From: Phormidesmis sp.
GTDB lineage: Bacteria > Cyanobacteriota > Cyanobacteriia > Leptolyngbyales > Leptolyngbyaceae
DNA: 64,000 nucleotides
NCBI GenBank assembly: GCA_965248535.1
Contig: CBDFJR010000002.1
Span: 1,152,001 to 1,216,000 of the forward strand
Reading direction: 5' to 3'
Positions 40,799-50,804 of this stretch are shown here, in pieces (position 1 is the first letter of the stretch; each line of letters starts with the position of its first letter). Position numbers and translations under genes: made by a program. The notes under the pieces were generated by a model. It searched no databases and had not been told where the DNA came from. It worked only from the letters and a program-made list of their open reading frames with translations.

Positions 40799-41021
40799 GG
40801 CGAGAAGGACACGACGATGCCCTTACCTAGCATTTAGGTTTCAGTCTGTGGGCGAGGACAGGGGGCACGGCGATGCCATGCTTTTACCTAGCATTTAGGT
40901 TTCAGTCTGTGGGCGAGGGCAGGGGGCACGGCGATGCCATGCCCTTACTCACATTTAGGTGTTTCAGTCTGTGGGCGAGGACAGGGGGCACGGCGATGCC
41001 ATGCCCTTACTCAGATTTAGG
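40799..41021. repeat. Tandem array of about 3.5 x 61-62 bp units, each with a degenerate REP-like palindrome
   Basis: Unit starts at 40823, 40884, 40945, 41007; core GGGGCACGGCGATGCCATGCCC. Confidence 0.92.
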
Positions 41022-41041
41022 GTTTATTTATCGGGCGACTC

Positions 41042-42793
41042 CTAGTAATGATTGCCGACTTTGCGATGGTGAACGGCAGTCAGGGCTTCTGATTTGGCGA
41101 CTCGACCCGCGTCGATCGTGCTATAGACGATCCAGTGATCGCTACATTCCATGCGGCTGACAACTTCACACTCAAGATAGGCTAGTGAGTCAGCCAAGAT
41201 AGGAGAACCGTTGGTTGCGGGATAGGTTTTAATCTCGGCAAAGCGATCGGCACCGGGGGCAAACCGTTTTAGGAAGTGCTTCATCAAACTCTGATAGTTG
41301 CCTTCTTCTAAAACGTTGAGCACAAAGCGATCGCCCAAGTGCATAAACGACTCAATGGCGCGATCTTTGGCAACGGCGATCGTGATGCCCAACGGCTCAA
41401 AGCTGGCTTGAGACACCCAAGACGCTAACATGGCGCTGGAAATATCGCCCTTCTTGGCGGTGATGATGTAAAGCCCACCACTGAGACGACCCAGGGCTTT
41501 GTCAAGTTCACCATCAAGAGACTTCATTTGTTTGACGGTGCGATCGCGGATGAGCCACTGTCCTAAATCAGTCCCGGCTTCGCTGCAAAGCTGATAAGTA
41601 GACTCGTTGGGCAGTTCCTTGATTTGAATCGGCGGAAAAGCCTCAGTTAAGCCAATCTCTTGAAACTGGTTGCGAATCGGATAGACCGACTCATCATCAC
41701 CGCCCCCCACCTCAAATAGACCCACAGACTGTTTAGCATTTGTTGCGGCCAAGATGGTGCCGAGTCCTGCTTTGGCATTGGCTGCAAAGTCTCCTGACTG
41801 AGGCGACATTCCGATCACAAGCCCTGTAGACGTTTCGACCAATTCTCGCACTTCTTGAGGGTCAGCTACGCGCAGATCGATCATTTCGACCAACACCCCG
41901 GTTTTGGTGATGCCGTTGGCGATCGCTTGGGCGATTTGGTCGCCGTAGCCATATTCCGCCACATAGAAAATGCCGACAGTGGTCGCGGCTTTGGCTTGAG
42001 TCTGGCTCCATTCTTGATAGCGTCCAACGAGTTCTTTAAGATTGTGACGCAGCAGTGGGCCGTGACCTGTAGCGATCGTAGTAATTTCGGGCAGGGCCGC
42101 CATGCGTTTGAGAGCAGACAGCACCGATCGGGCATTGGGGCCCATCAAACAATCGTAGTAATAGTGATAGTCGTGCTCGATTAACTCCAAGTCTTCGTCA
42201 TAGGTGTGATCATCGCAAAAGTGCATCCCAAACGCATCGCAGGTATAGAGCGTCTGAGTTTTGTGATCGAAGCTAAAAATCGTGTCGGGCCAGTGCAGAT
42301 TGGGCGCGGAAATAAACTCTAGCTCGTGACCGTTGCCCAGATCTAAGCGATCGCCGTTTTTGACCAACTGGCGCTTAAAGGGCTGATGCACAAGCTCTTC
42401 TAGAAACTGAATGGCAACCTTAGCCCCGACTATCGTGATTTCAGGATTAAGCTGCAATAGATCTTTGACTAAGCCGCTATGATCCGGCTCGGTATGACTA
42501 ATAATTAAATAGTCGATCGCGGCTGGATCAATTAGCTCTTGTAGGGCATCGAAATAGAGTTGACGAAACTTTTCATGAGAGGTGTCAACGAGGGCAATTT
42601 TTTCGCCCCGGATGAGAAAAGAGTTGTAGGTTGTGCCGTTTTCTAGAGCAAACTCAATGTCAAAGCGATCGCGATCCCAATCGAGCGATCGCAGCGTGGT
42701 TGTATTGGGCGCAATGTCCACCGTCTGAATGGTGAGTCGCCGCGAAGGACGACTAGGCTGGCTAGCGCTTGCGCGATCAATGAGTGCTACCAT
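41042..42793 (-). CDS. flv4: Flavodiiron protein, cluster B (canonical ligands), most like Flv4
   Basis: RSLDWDRDRFDIEF, HTEPDH, PNLHWPD, CDAFGMH; YPIRNQFQE and TYPATNGS resemble Flv4 (from memory). Confidence 0.72.
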   Translation of the reverse strand: MVALIDRASASQPSRPSRRLTIQTVDIAPNTTTLRSLDWDRDRFDIEFALENGTTYNSFLIRGEKIALVDTSHEKFRQLYFDALQELIDPAAIDYLIISHTEPDHSGLVKDLLQLNPEITIVGAKVAIQFLEELVHQPFKRQLVKNGDRLDLGNGHELEFISAPNLHWPDTIFSFDHKTQTLYTCDAFGMHFCDDHTYDEDLELIEHDYHYYYDCLMGPNARSVLSALKRMAALPEITTIATGHGPLLRHNLKELVGRYQEWSQTQAKAATTVGIFYVAEYGYGDQIAQAIANGITKTGVLVEMIDLRVADPQEVRELVETSTGLVIGMSPQSGDFAANAKAGLGTILAATNAKQSVGLFEVGGGDDESVYPIRNQFQEIGLTEAFPPIQIKELPNESTYQLCSEAGTDLGQWLIRDRTVKQMKSLDGELDKALGRLSGGLYIITAKKGDISSAMLASWVSQASFEPLGITIAVAKDRAIESFMHLGDRFVLNVLEEGNYQSLMKHFLKRFAPGADRFAEIKTYPATNGSPILADSLAYLECEVVSRMECSDHWIVYSTIDAGRVAKSEALTAVHHRKVGNHY

Positions 42794-42946
42794 GACTGCC
42801 TCCCTACAACGTTTTGTAAAATTCTGTTTCCCTCTGATTCTAATCTTCTCTTATAAAACGCGAGTTTGTAAAGTTCTAATAAGTAAAGACACCTATCGAG
42901 AAACCTTATACCCAGACCTTTTTCTATCAAGGCAATAGAAGGAACT

Positions 42947-43717
42947 GTGGCTAAAAACTGGTTGGCCCTGAATATTGGAAACTCTCGCCTACATTGGGCT
43001 TGGTTGACAGGTGAAACGCTTCGACAGACTTGGGAGACTCCGCATTTGAAAACCGATCAGGTGCGGCGGCTGATTAAAAGTCGGTTTAACTTTGAGGAGA
43101 GTGACACGCCGCGATCAACTCCAATTTGGGAGACATCACCCGAACTCTGGATCGCGTCAGTCGTCTCCAAACAGGCAAAACTCTGGGAGACCTATCCCCA
43201 AAACAGGACGATCGAGCTAGCTCAAATTCCGCTGCAAAACGCCTATCCTACACTGGGAGTGGATCGAGCTTTGGCGGTTTGGGGCGCGATCGTCACCCAC
43301 GGTTCTCCGATTTTGGTCGTCGATGGCGGCACTGCTTTGACCTTCACAGCAGCCGAGGGGCAGAGATTTGCAGGCGGGGCGATTCTTCCCGGTTTGCAGC
43401 TACAGTTTAGGGCGTTGGGGCAAGCCACCTCTGCATTGCCTGTGATTGACCAGATGACGCTGCCCGATCGCTGGGCAATGACCACGATCGAGGCGATTCA
43501 GAGCGGCATTTTGCACACGGTGCTGTCTGGCATCCACAGTTTTATCGACGATTGGCAAAAACGGTTTCCTCAAAGCCGGGTCATTTTCACAGGCGGTGAC
43601 AGTCTTTTTCTGTCTAGCTGCTTTCACCAGCAGTGGCCAGACCTTGCCAATCAAATTGTCCTTGACGAAAATTTATGGATTTGGGGGCTGCGATCGCTCA
43701 AGCACCGCTCAGTCTAG
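42947..43717 (+). CDS. coaX: Type III pantothenate kinase
   Basis: IGNSR, LGVDR, VDGGTALT, GGAILPG, TGGD. Confidence 0.9.
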   Translation: MAKNWLALNIGNSRLHWAWLTGETLRQTWETPHLKTDQVRRLIKSRFNFEESDTPRSTPIWETSPELWIASVVSKQAKLWETYPQNRTIELAQIPLQNAYPTLGVDRALAVWGAIVTHGSPILVVDGGTALTFTAAEGQRFAGGAILPGLQLQFRALGQATSALPVIDQMTLPDRWAMTTIEAIQSGILHTVLSGIHSFIDDWQKRFPQSRVIFTGGDSLFLSSCFHQQWPDLANQIVLDENLWIWGLRSLKHRSV

Positions 43718-44164
43718 GGTAGTTCGCCCATTGAAATAGTCTTGCAACTGCTGTCGGTGATCGTGAGCCAGCGGCCCTTCAGGAATCGCATCGGGGGCAA
43801 ACGCCTGCACGTCAGAGACTTCCAGAGTGTCTTTAATCTGCATGGTGCCCTTGACATCGGCTTCAACAACGACACAAATCGAGTGAATGCGCGGGTCACG
43901 ATCGGGCGCTGAATAGACCCCCACCAATCGGCGAATCTGAGCCACTTCTAGCCCCGTTTCTTCGGTCAACTCTCGCCGCACCGCAGTCGGAATGTTTTCG
44001 CCCCAATCGACCATGCCACCCGGAAGACCCCACAAGCCGTTATCGCGACGACGGATCAACACAATGCGACCATCGGGCAAGAGAGGAATAATGCTAGTGC
44101 CTATGATGGGATGGCGGAAAATGATGCCCAACACAGTTTGAGTAAAATGCCACAACCGATCCAT
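43709..44164 (-). CDS. NUDIX hydrolase
   Basis: Nudix box GGMVDWGE...RRELTEETGL. Confidence 0.92.
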   Translation of the reverse strand: MDRLWHFTQTVLGIIFRHPIIGTSIIPLLPDGRIVLIRRRDNGLWGLPGGMVDWGENIPTAVRRELTEETGLEVAQIRRLVGVYSAPDRDPRIHSICVVVEADVKGTMQIKDTLEVSDVQAFAPDAIPEGPLAHDHRQQLQDYFNGRTTLD

Positions 44165-44295
44165 GAATTAAAAATGACAAAGAAGTAGAGAAGTGGAGCT
44201 AAACCACAGCCCGATCGAGCCATGCAAGAGAAGTCTTTTTAAGACTCAGCGATCCAAACAATTCCTCTATAAGAATACTCAGAGTTTGATCCCAA

Positions 44296-44754
44296 TCAGA
44301 CTAAATCACTCAAAATTTGTGCCGCGTGGATGTCTGGCTTAACTTTTCTATAGATTTTCTCGATCGTGCCATCCACCCCGATCACAAAGGTAGTTCGACT
44401 AATTCCCAAATACTCTTTGCCCATGAACTTCTTTAAACCGTAGCTCTCATAGATTTCGGCAACGGTTCCCCCGACATCACACAGCAACGGAAAGGGCAGA
44501 TCATGCTTCGTCACAAATTTTGCGTGGGATTTTGCATCGTCGGTGCTGATGCCCAACACGACCAGATCCCGCGCCTGATAGTCTGCATAAGCGTCTCGAA
44601 AGCCACAGGCTTCTTTGGTGCATCCGGGCGTATTGTCACGCGGATAGAAAAAAAGCACGACGCGCTTGCCCTTTAAGTCTGATAGCTGAATCTGATTTCC
44701 GTGGGTGTCGGGCAGCCCAAAATCGGGGGCCCGATCGCCAATTTGCAAAGCCAT
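44296..44754 (-). CDS. bcp: Peroxiredoxin Q / BCP
   Basis: FYPRDNTPGCTKEAC. Confidence 0.94.
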   Translation of the reverse strand: MALQIGDRAPDFGLPDTHGNQIQLSDLKGKRVVLFFYPRDNTPGCTKEACGFRDAYADYQARDLVVLGISTDDAKSHAKFVTKHDLPFPLLCDVGGTVAEIYESYGLKKFMGKEYLGISRTTFVIGVDGTIEKIYRKVKPDIHAAQILSDLV

Positions 44755-44846
44755 AAAGATTTTCTAACTTACCGACTTGGAGTTTTGTTGAGTGGGCTTA
44801 TGGTAGTTTGTTGGCTTACGAGTGCAAGCACAATGCAGTCTACCTG

Positions 44847-45118
44847 TTAGGGAAAGTATCGGTAAATTTCTTTGCGATGCAAGACACGAGCAAACGTGAT
44901 TGTTTCTTGGACAATAAACAAGCCAACCCGATAATCACCGATGCGAATACGGTACGCACCATCAAAACCCTTGAGTTTTTTCAAAGCTGCTGATCTCTCC
45001 CAAATCTTCGGCATTGAGGAATCTCTTCAAACACGATCGAGCTAAGTGTTTCAAATACAGACGTGCTTTTGAGGGTCTTCAAATCCTTCAAAAAGCTAGG
45101 CAAGTATTCAACGTTCAC
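44847..45118 (-). pseudogene. RelE/ParE-family toxin with two +1 frameshifts (absent from the ORF track)
   Basis: Manual reading: MNVEYLPSFLKDLKTLK...FEEIP / [10 protein letters not shown] / [23 protein letters not shown]...[14 protein letters not shown]. 272 nt = 90 codons + 2; GTGA overlap with the antitoxin stop. Confidence 0.85.
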
Positions 45119-45324
45119 TCCTTTTCCATTTCCTTGAGTGCTTCTTCTAGGCTCAAAGGAGTTTCATGACGAACCTCAGACATTGCGCGGTAAAGTCCTT
45201 CATCTTCAAGCGCTTCAATCAATCTCTGATAATCTGTAACATTGATAACAACTTTGCGGATGTGTCCATCTACATCAGTGATTAATTCTTGTGCAAAAGG
45301 ATAGTCTTTGGCTTGAGCATTCAT
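45115..45324 (-). CDS. Probable type II antitoxin (cognate of the downstream RelE)
   Basis: 69 aa, acidic, DYQRLIEALEDEGL...SLEEALKE; 4-nt overlap with the toxin start. Confidence 0.78.
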   Translation of the reverse strand: MNAQAKDYPFAQELITDVDGHIRKVVINVTDYQRLIEALEDEGLYRAMSEVRHETPLSLEEALKEMEKE

Positions 45325-45378
45325 TCACTTTATTTTGCTGCCGACCCACTAATTTTAATCCTTATCAATGTGCGTAAT

Positions 45379-46794
45379 CTACTTCTCACTTATCCGTTTT
45401 TGAGCGTCTTCTAGAGCTTTTTGCACTTGCTCAAATCCGGTGCCACCATAGCTATTTCGGGCAGAAACGACCTGTTCGGGTGCGATCGCGGCATAGATAT
45501 CCGCCTCAAACGCAGGATGCAACGCTTTCCACTCCTCTAAGGTCAAATCTTTGAGCAGTTTGTTTGCCGCTACAGACGTTTTCACCACCTTGCCCACCAG
45601 ACCGTAGGCTTCACGAAACGGAACGCCCTTTTTGGCTAAATAGTCTGCGACATCGGTGGCGTTAGAAAAGTCTTCGTTCACCGCTTCGGTCAAGCGCGAT
45701 AGACGAAACTCTAGCCCTTCGCTAAACAGAATGGTCATGGCTTCTAAACAGACTTTGACGGTTTTGACTCCATCAAACAGCGCCTCTTTGTCTTCCTGCA
45801 AGTCTTTGTTGTAGGCCAGCGGCAGCCCTTTCATTAACACCAGCATGGCTTGCAGGTGTCCAAACACTCGGCCGGTCTTTCCGCGCACCAACTCCGGCAC
45901 ATCGGGGTTTTTTTTCTGCGGCATAATGCTCGAACCTGTCGCACAGCTATCGGTGAGACTGACAAAGCTAAACTCCTGCGATGCCCAGAGAATCACCTCT
46001 TCAGACAAACGGCTGAGGTGCACCATGATCAGACTGGCTGCACAAAGAAACTCGATCGCAAAGTCTCGATCGCTGACTCCATCCAAACTGTTGGCATAGA
46101 CGCTGCCAAAATTGAGCCGATCGGCGGCAAACTGGCGATCGATGGGAAAGGTGGTTCCGGCAAGTGCCCCAGAGCCTAAAGGCGAAATATTCACCCGTTG
46201 ATAAATTTCGCCTAGACGCTGCCAGTCTCGCTGAGTCATCTCAAAATAAGCCAGCAGATGATGAGCCAAACTGATCGGCTGGGCACGCTGCAAGTGAGTA
46301 TAGCCAGGAATCAGTGTTCTTACGTGCTGACTGGCTAAACTTAGCAAGACCTGTTGAAACTGGCGAATCTGCTGACGAATCTGCTGAATCTGATCCCGCA
46401 AATAGAGCCGAGTGTCGGTGCCTACCTGATCGTTGCGCGATCGGGCCGTGTGCAGTTTTTTGCCGACATCCCCCACTAACTCGGTTAATCGTTTCTCGAC
46501 GGCAAAATGCACATCTTCGGCATCGGTGCCGGGTGTAAAGGTGCCCTGACGATAGTCTTGACGAATTTGCTCAAGTCCGCTAACCAGTTGCGCGCCTTCG
46601 TCAGCCGAAATAATGCCCGTTTTGGCGAGCATTTCAGCGTGGGCCTGAGAGCCAGTCAGGTCATATTCGATCAGTTCAATATCAAATTTGATGCTGGCGT
46701 TAAACTCAGCGATCGCCGGGTGCAAAGCTGATTCAAATCGCTGGCTCCAAGTTTGAGCCGGGGTTGCGTTGGGGGGCTGGTTGGCGTGAGTCAA
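45379..46794 (-). CDS. argH: Argininosuccinate lyase
   Basis: [32 protein letters not shown]. Confidence 0.98.
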   Translation of the reverse strand: MTHANQPPNATPAQTWSQRFESALHPAIAEFNASIKFDIELIEYDLTGSQAHAEMLAKTGIISADEGAQLVSGLEQIRQDYRQGTFTPGTDAEDVHFAVEKRLTELVGDVGKKLHTARSRNDQVGTDTRLYLRDQIQQIRQQIRQFQQVLLSLASQHVRTLIPGYTHLQRAQPISLAHHLLAYFEMTQRDWQRLGEIYQRVNISPLGSGALAGTTFPIDRQFAADRLNFGSVYANSLDGVSDRDFAIEFLCAASLIMVHLSRLSEEVILWASQEFSFVSLTDSCATGSSIMPQKKNPDVPELVRGKTGRVFGHLQAMLVLMKGLPLAYNKDLQEDKEALFDGVKTVKVCLEAMTILFSEGLEFRLSRLTEAVNEDFSNATDVADYLAKKGVPFREAYGLVGKVVKTSVAANKLLKDLTLEEWKALHPAFEADIYAAIAPEQVVSARNSYGGTGFEQVQKALEDAQKRISEK

Positions 46795-46892
46795 AAGACA
46801 TCCTCTCTAGATGCGACACCCGACTATACCAGACGAGCCAAAAGGATTCTAGCGGTTTAGAGGAGAGTGTCAGCGATCGCTGAAGAACCGTT

Positions 46893-47040
46893 GGCGTTGC
46901 TGAATCCAAGGATGAATCGGTGGGTAGCGACCTTTCTGGAACGCCCCCTAAATCCCCCACAAGTGAGGGACTTTGAAAGTCCGGGAGTGCCCCAGAATGG
47001 GCGGTTGGGGGGCGAATTCATACCATCGTTCAGCAACGCC
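46893..47040. mobile_element. 148-bp MITE with 8-bp target-site duplication (IS1595/ISPna2-like ends)
   Basis: TIRs GGCGTTGCTGAA (12/12; 19/25 extended); GAACCGTT duplicated at 46885-46892 and 47041-47048. Confidence 0.9.
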
Positions 47041-47051
47041 GAACCGTTTAG

Positions 47052-47300
47052 CTAACCATAAGTGGTCAGCGCCCTCACCATATAGCCTAAAATCAGCCCG
47101 ACTAAAAAGGCCCAAACTTGACCCGTTTTGACAAATTGAGTCCAAGCTCTACCAATATCACCGCCTAGGTCGGTTTCCTTAAATTGCTGGGCAAAAATGA
47201 CCCAATCGTGCGGTAGCTGCCAGTGCAGGGTTTGCAGCAGGTCGCTCCAGTGGGTGATGCCAATGAGCCAAGTGGTCATCTCGTGCATTAGGTGAATCAT
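47052..47300 (-). CDS. Small conserved cyanobacterial membrane protein
   Basis: C-terminal FVKTGQVWAFLVGLILGY TM motif; RBS GAGGAG. Confidence 0.7.
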   Translation of the reverse strand: MIHLMHEMTTWLIGITHWSDLLQTLHWQLPHDWVIFAQQFKETDLGGDIGRAWTQFVKTGQVWAFLVGLILGYMVRALTTYG

Positions 47301-47438
47301 GGCGGTCGTCTCCTCAAACCGGGAAAGATAGCTGCGTTATTTGAGTCTAAGAGCTTTCTTGTACCACAGAATTGAGCAGACGACATTATTTAGAATCGGC
47401 GGCGGCGACGGGCACAGCCCTGATGATTTGGGTAGAGG

Positions 47439-48155
47439 CTAGTTGAGCAGCGGCATCACAGAGTTAGCAATGATGGCAGCTTGAGTGCGATCGCGCAGAT
47501 TCAGCCGTCCTAAAATGCTGGCGACGTGATTTTTGACCGTTCCTTCAGAGATCTCCAGCGATCGAGAAATTTCTCGGTTGCTAGAGCCAGCCGCAATCAG
47601 TCTCAAAACCTGCCGTTCTCTAGTCGTGAGTTTGGTAAACCCAGGCGGCAGCGGAGTCGATCGCCGAGATGCTGCATTGAAGGACACCACGTTTGAACGA
47701 CTGTCTTTGACATCAGCCGTAGACAGCGAGGTAGATTCACCAAACATGCCGCCTAATATTTTGGGCAAAATTCCGGGGCTGAGTTGGGTATAGCCTTTGT
47801 GAACCAAGCGCACGGCGTTGACCAATTCATCGGGGCATAAATCTTTGAGCAGATAGCCCTTTGCGCCAACTTTGAGGGCAGTCGTCACCGACTCTTGATC
47901 GTCTAAATCAGTCAAAATTAAGACTTGACTCTCAGGAAATCGCTGGCAAATGGTCTCAGTGGCCGCGATGCCGTCGGGTTTGGCACAGCAGGGATCAATT
48001 AAAACAATGTCTGGGTGCAGCGTTTCCACCTGGTGAATGGCGCTTGGCCCTGTATCTGCGTCTCCAACCACTTGCAAGTCTTGCTCCTGATTGATCAAAG
48101 CCCTCAAGCCTTCACGAATCAGGTTTTGGTCGTCAACGAGTAATACTCGAATCAT
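47439..48155 (-). CDS. NarL/LuxR-family response regulator
   Basis: LLVDDQ REC, GAKGYLLKD, LTTRERQVL...TVKNHV HTH. Confidence 0.93.
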   Translation of the reverse strand: MIRVLLVDDQNLIREGLRALINQEQDLQVVGDADTGPSAIHQVETLHPDIVLIDPCCAKPDGIAATETICQRFPESQVLILTDLDDQESVTTALKVGAKGYLLKDLCPDELVNAVRLVHKGYTQLSPGILPKILGGMFGESTSLSTADVKDSRSNVVSFNAASRRSTPLPPGFTKLTTRERQVLRLIAAGSSNREISRSLEISEGTVKNHVASILGRLNLRDRTQAAIIANSVMPLLN

Positions 48156-48381
48156 GGCAGATAGCTCCGATCGGGTTTAGCCACGGGTAGCCCTAAGCGA
48201 AAAACCGCTTAAGCTTGTGTCAAGGAACAACCTTTTGCAACGACGATCTCTCATTAGTTTTGTTCCCAGATAGAACGCAATTGATAAGTTTTTCTTTAGT
48301 CTGACTAGATTGGACGATCGCAGACTCTAATTTGCCGACTTGACGTATGCTGAAAAGTCGAACGTGCTTGAGCATTCACTT

Positions 48382-49869
48382 ATGGGGTTCACAAAGCCGA
48401 TCGAGTCCAACAAACTTTGGCTGGGGCTAGGATTGATTTGGGTCGGGTCGCTGGGTCTGCGATTTTGGGGACTCGGACGCTTTAATGCTCTGGTTTTTGA
48501 CGAGGTGTATTATGTCAAGTTTGCTCACAACTATTTGACTCACACCCCTTTTTTTGATGGGCATCCTCCCCTGAGCAAATATCTGATCGCGATCGGCATC
48601 TGGGTCGGCAATCAGCTTCCCTTTGGCAGCGACACGGTTAACTCGCTGGCGGGGTCGCCCCTCACCACTTGGAGCTATCGCTGGCTCAATGCCCTCACTG
48701 GTTCCTTGATTCCGCTGGTGGTGGCGGCGATCGCTTATGAACTCAGCTATCGCCGCAGCTATGCGTTAATCGCTGCCCTGTTTGCCGCCGCCGATGGATT
48801 GTTTTTAGTCGAGTCTCGCTATGCCTTAAACAACGTTTATTTAGTGATATTTGGACTGTTGGGGCAGTGGTTTTTTCTCAAAGCGCTGCACGCACCGGGC
48901 AAAAAATGGCTGCCGTGGATGGCCCTAGCGGGACTGTTTTTTGGGGCTTCTGCGGCGATTAAATGGAACGGTCTATGGTTTTTGCTGGGGGCCTATTTGC
49001 TGTGGGGCATAGCGCTGGCCCTTCGGCTGGTGAGAGGGCTGCTGCGATCGTCCACCTCTCCCCTCCCTGACCCATTGGCACCGATGCCCCTCGATCGGCT
49101 GGCGCGACTCAATCCCGTCTATCTGCTGATAAATTTGGGAGCCGTTCCTGCCATTTTCTATCGCCTGATCTGGATTCCGCATCTCAATCTCAGCCGCGAT
49201 TTTGGCTTTTGGGAGGTGCAGAAACAGATTTTGGCTTATCACGAGCGGGTCGGCAGTGGCGAAGCCATTCACCCCTATTGCTCAACCTGGTTTAGCTGGA
49301 TCTGGATGCAGCGCCCGGTGGCTTATTTTTATCAAGTTGCCAGCAGTTTGACAGCTCCGATTCCGATGGGTAGCACGGTCTCGGCTATCACACCAACCAG
49401 CGTCATCTACGACGTTCATGCGATCGGCAATCCATTTTTATGGTGGTTTTCGACGCTGGCGATCGCCCTAATGGGTTGTGTTGTGATCGAAAACTTCGGC
49501 GCATTGCTCACGCCCCGTCAACCAGTCGGTTTATTGCCGACCCATGACGTTTGGATCGGGCTATTTTTAGTAGTCAATTACGCCGCCAATCTTTTGCCTT
49601 GGGCGAGAGTGACTCGCTGCGTGTTTCTCTATCACTACATGGGGTCTTCGGTGTTTGCATCGCTGGCGTTGGCTTGGCTGGTCGATCGCTGGTTTCGCAG
49701 CAACACACCACGGTTGAGACGGTTGGCAATTTGGACGATCGGGCTAGTCTGTGTCGCGTTTATTTTCTGGATGCCCATTTATTTAGGGTTGCCTTTGATG
49801 GAGCGGCAATATGGTTGGCGGATGTGGCAGGTCGCGATCGGCAATTTTTGGCTACTGCGATGGATCTAA
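48382..49869 (+). CDS. Protein O-mannosyltransferase-like glycosyltransferase (PMT/GT39)
   Basis: FDEVYY DE motif, HPPLSK, KWNG, HPYCS.W.SW, FLYHY; multi-TM. Confidence 0.88.
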   Translation: MGFTKPIESNKLWLGLGLIWVGSLGLRFWGLGRFNALVFDEVYYVKFAHNYLTHTPFFDGHPPLSKYLIAIGIWVGNQLPFGSDTVNSLAGSPLTTWSYRWLNALTGSLIPLVVAAIAYELSYRRSYALIAALFAAADGLFLVESRYALNNVYLVIFGLLGQWFFLKALHAPGKKWLPWMALAGLFFGASAAIKWNGLWFLLGAYLLWGIALALRLVRGLLRSSTSPLPDPLAPMPLDRLARLNPVYLLINLGAVPAIFYRLIWIPHLNLSRDFGFWEVQKQILAYHERVGSGEAIHPYCSTWFSWIWMQRPVAYFYQVASSLTAPIPMGSTVSAITPTSVIYDVHAIGNPFLWWFSTLAIALMGCVVIENFGALLTPRQPVGLLPTHDVWIGLFLVVNYAANLLPWARVTRCVFLYHYMGSSVFASLALAWLVDRWFRSNTPRLRRLAIWTIGLVCVAFIFWMPIYLGLPLMERQYGWRMWQVAIGNFWLLRWI

Positions 49870-50045
49870 ATCTGCCCGGTTGATGCGACACTTTTAAAGC
49901 AGGTGCCTCTTTAGAATTTCTTGAGTTTTTTGGACGGTTCATCCCGCTTTGACCCAAACCGTGTGATGAAGTTAAGTGGGCAACCCATGTCTACGGTCGC
50001 CGTCCAGAGCATTTATCCACTAGGTCTAATCTCACAGGGCAATTT

Positions 50046-50798
50046 ATGCGATCTTTTAGGGCTTTGCGCGAATCGCGATGGGTTGGAATCATTGGCAGCC
50101 TTGGCGTGAGCGTGGGTCTCAGCGCCCTGCCAGTTCAGGCGCAAGTCTCAGAGGCTCAGGTCGGAAAGACGGTTGAGGCGCTGCGGCTAGCCGCCCCCAA
50201 AACAGCCACCCCCAACGACGGTCTCTATAGCGAATGGCAGGTCAAGCCCGAAGCCGTTTCTCACTGGTCAAAACAGTGCACGGGTCACGAGCTTTCATCA
50301 GCCGAGTTTGAAGCCAATGCCACCGCTGCCCGATCGATCGTCACCTGCGTGATTCGAGATGTTTTGCGAGACGAATATCGCGCCAGCGGCAACAACGAGT
50401 TTATAGCGGTGCGGCGAGTGGCTGCCTGGTGGATGACGGGCGATGCTACCAACTATGGCAAACCTGCGATCGCCTCTTATGTCGAAGAAGTCGTCAGCTT
50501 TTACAAGTGGCGCACGCCCATTGCCACCACCAAACCCGCGCCAGCGATGAATAGCCGTCAACTATCGGTCTACGATCGCTACATGCAGGCTGGCCGCGTC
50601 GCCGAGCGACAAAAAGATGCCGCAACGGCGCTGCTCTACTTCACGCGAGCGCTTGATGAGCGCCCCAACGACCCATCTGCCACCCAAGCCCTGCGAACGG
50701 CTCAAGCCGCCCTTGAGCGCACCCGTGCAGTCATCCCCCCGACTCCTAAACCCTCTGTCGAACCGTCGTCTTCTAAACCGTCGTCTCCTAAACAATAA
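50046..50798 (+). CDS. Exported protein with a possible lysozyme/SLT-like domain and a C-terminal TPR
   Basis: Signal peptide (VQA), GLYSEWQVKP, AAWWMTG...YVEEV, TPR-like ALLYFTRALDERPND. Confidence 0.55.
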   Translation: MRSFRALRESRWVGIIGSLGVSVGLSALPVQAQVSEAQVGKTVEALRLAAPKTATPNDGLYSEWQVKPEAVSHWSKQCTGHELSSAEFEANATAARSIVTCVIRDVLRDEYRASGNNEFIAVRRVAAWWMTGDATNYGKPAIASYVEEVVSFYKWRTPIATTKPAPAMNSRQLSVYDRYMQAGRVAERQKDAATALLYFTRALDERPNDPSATQALRTAQAALERTRAVIPPTPKPSVEPSSSKPSSPKQ

Positions 50799-50804
50799 TC
50801 GATC

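Noticed and set aside
40799..41021. Possible CRISPR array (palindromic repeats at ~61-bp period)
   Set aside because: The sequences between palindromes are near-identical rather than unique spacers, and no cas genes are present; it is a tandem repeat
40873..41160. 95-aa ORF with internal repeats, and the N-terminal extension of the 601-aa flavodiiron ORF
   Set aside because: Both are translations of the tandem repeat region; the flavodiiron start fits ATG 40749
42879..42909. NdhR/CmpR-type LysR site upstream of the flavodiiron operon
   Set aside because: ATAAG/CTAT/CTTAT elements are present, but the spacing does not fit the consensus well enough to call
44808..44993. 61-aa plus-strand ORF
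   Set aside because: It is the antisense shadow of the RelE toxin reading frame
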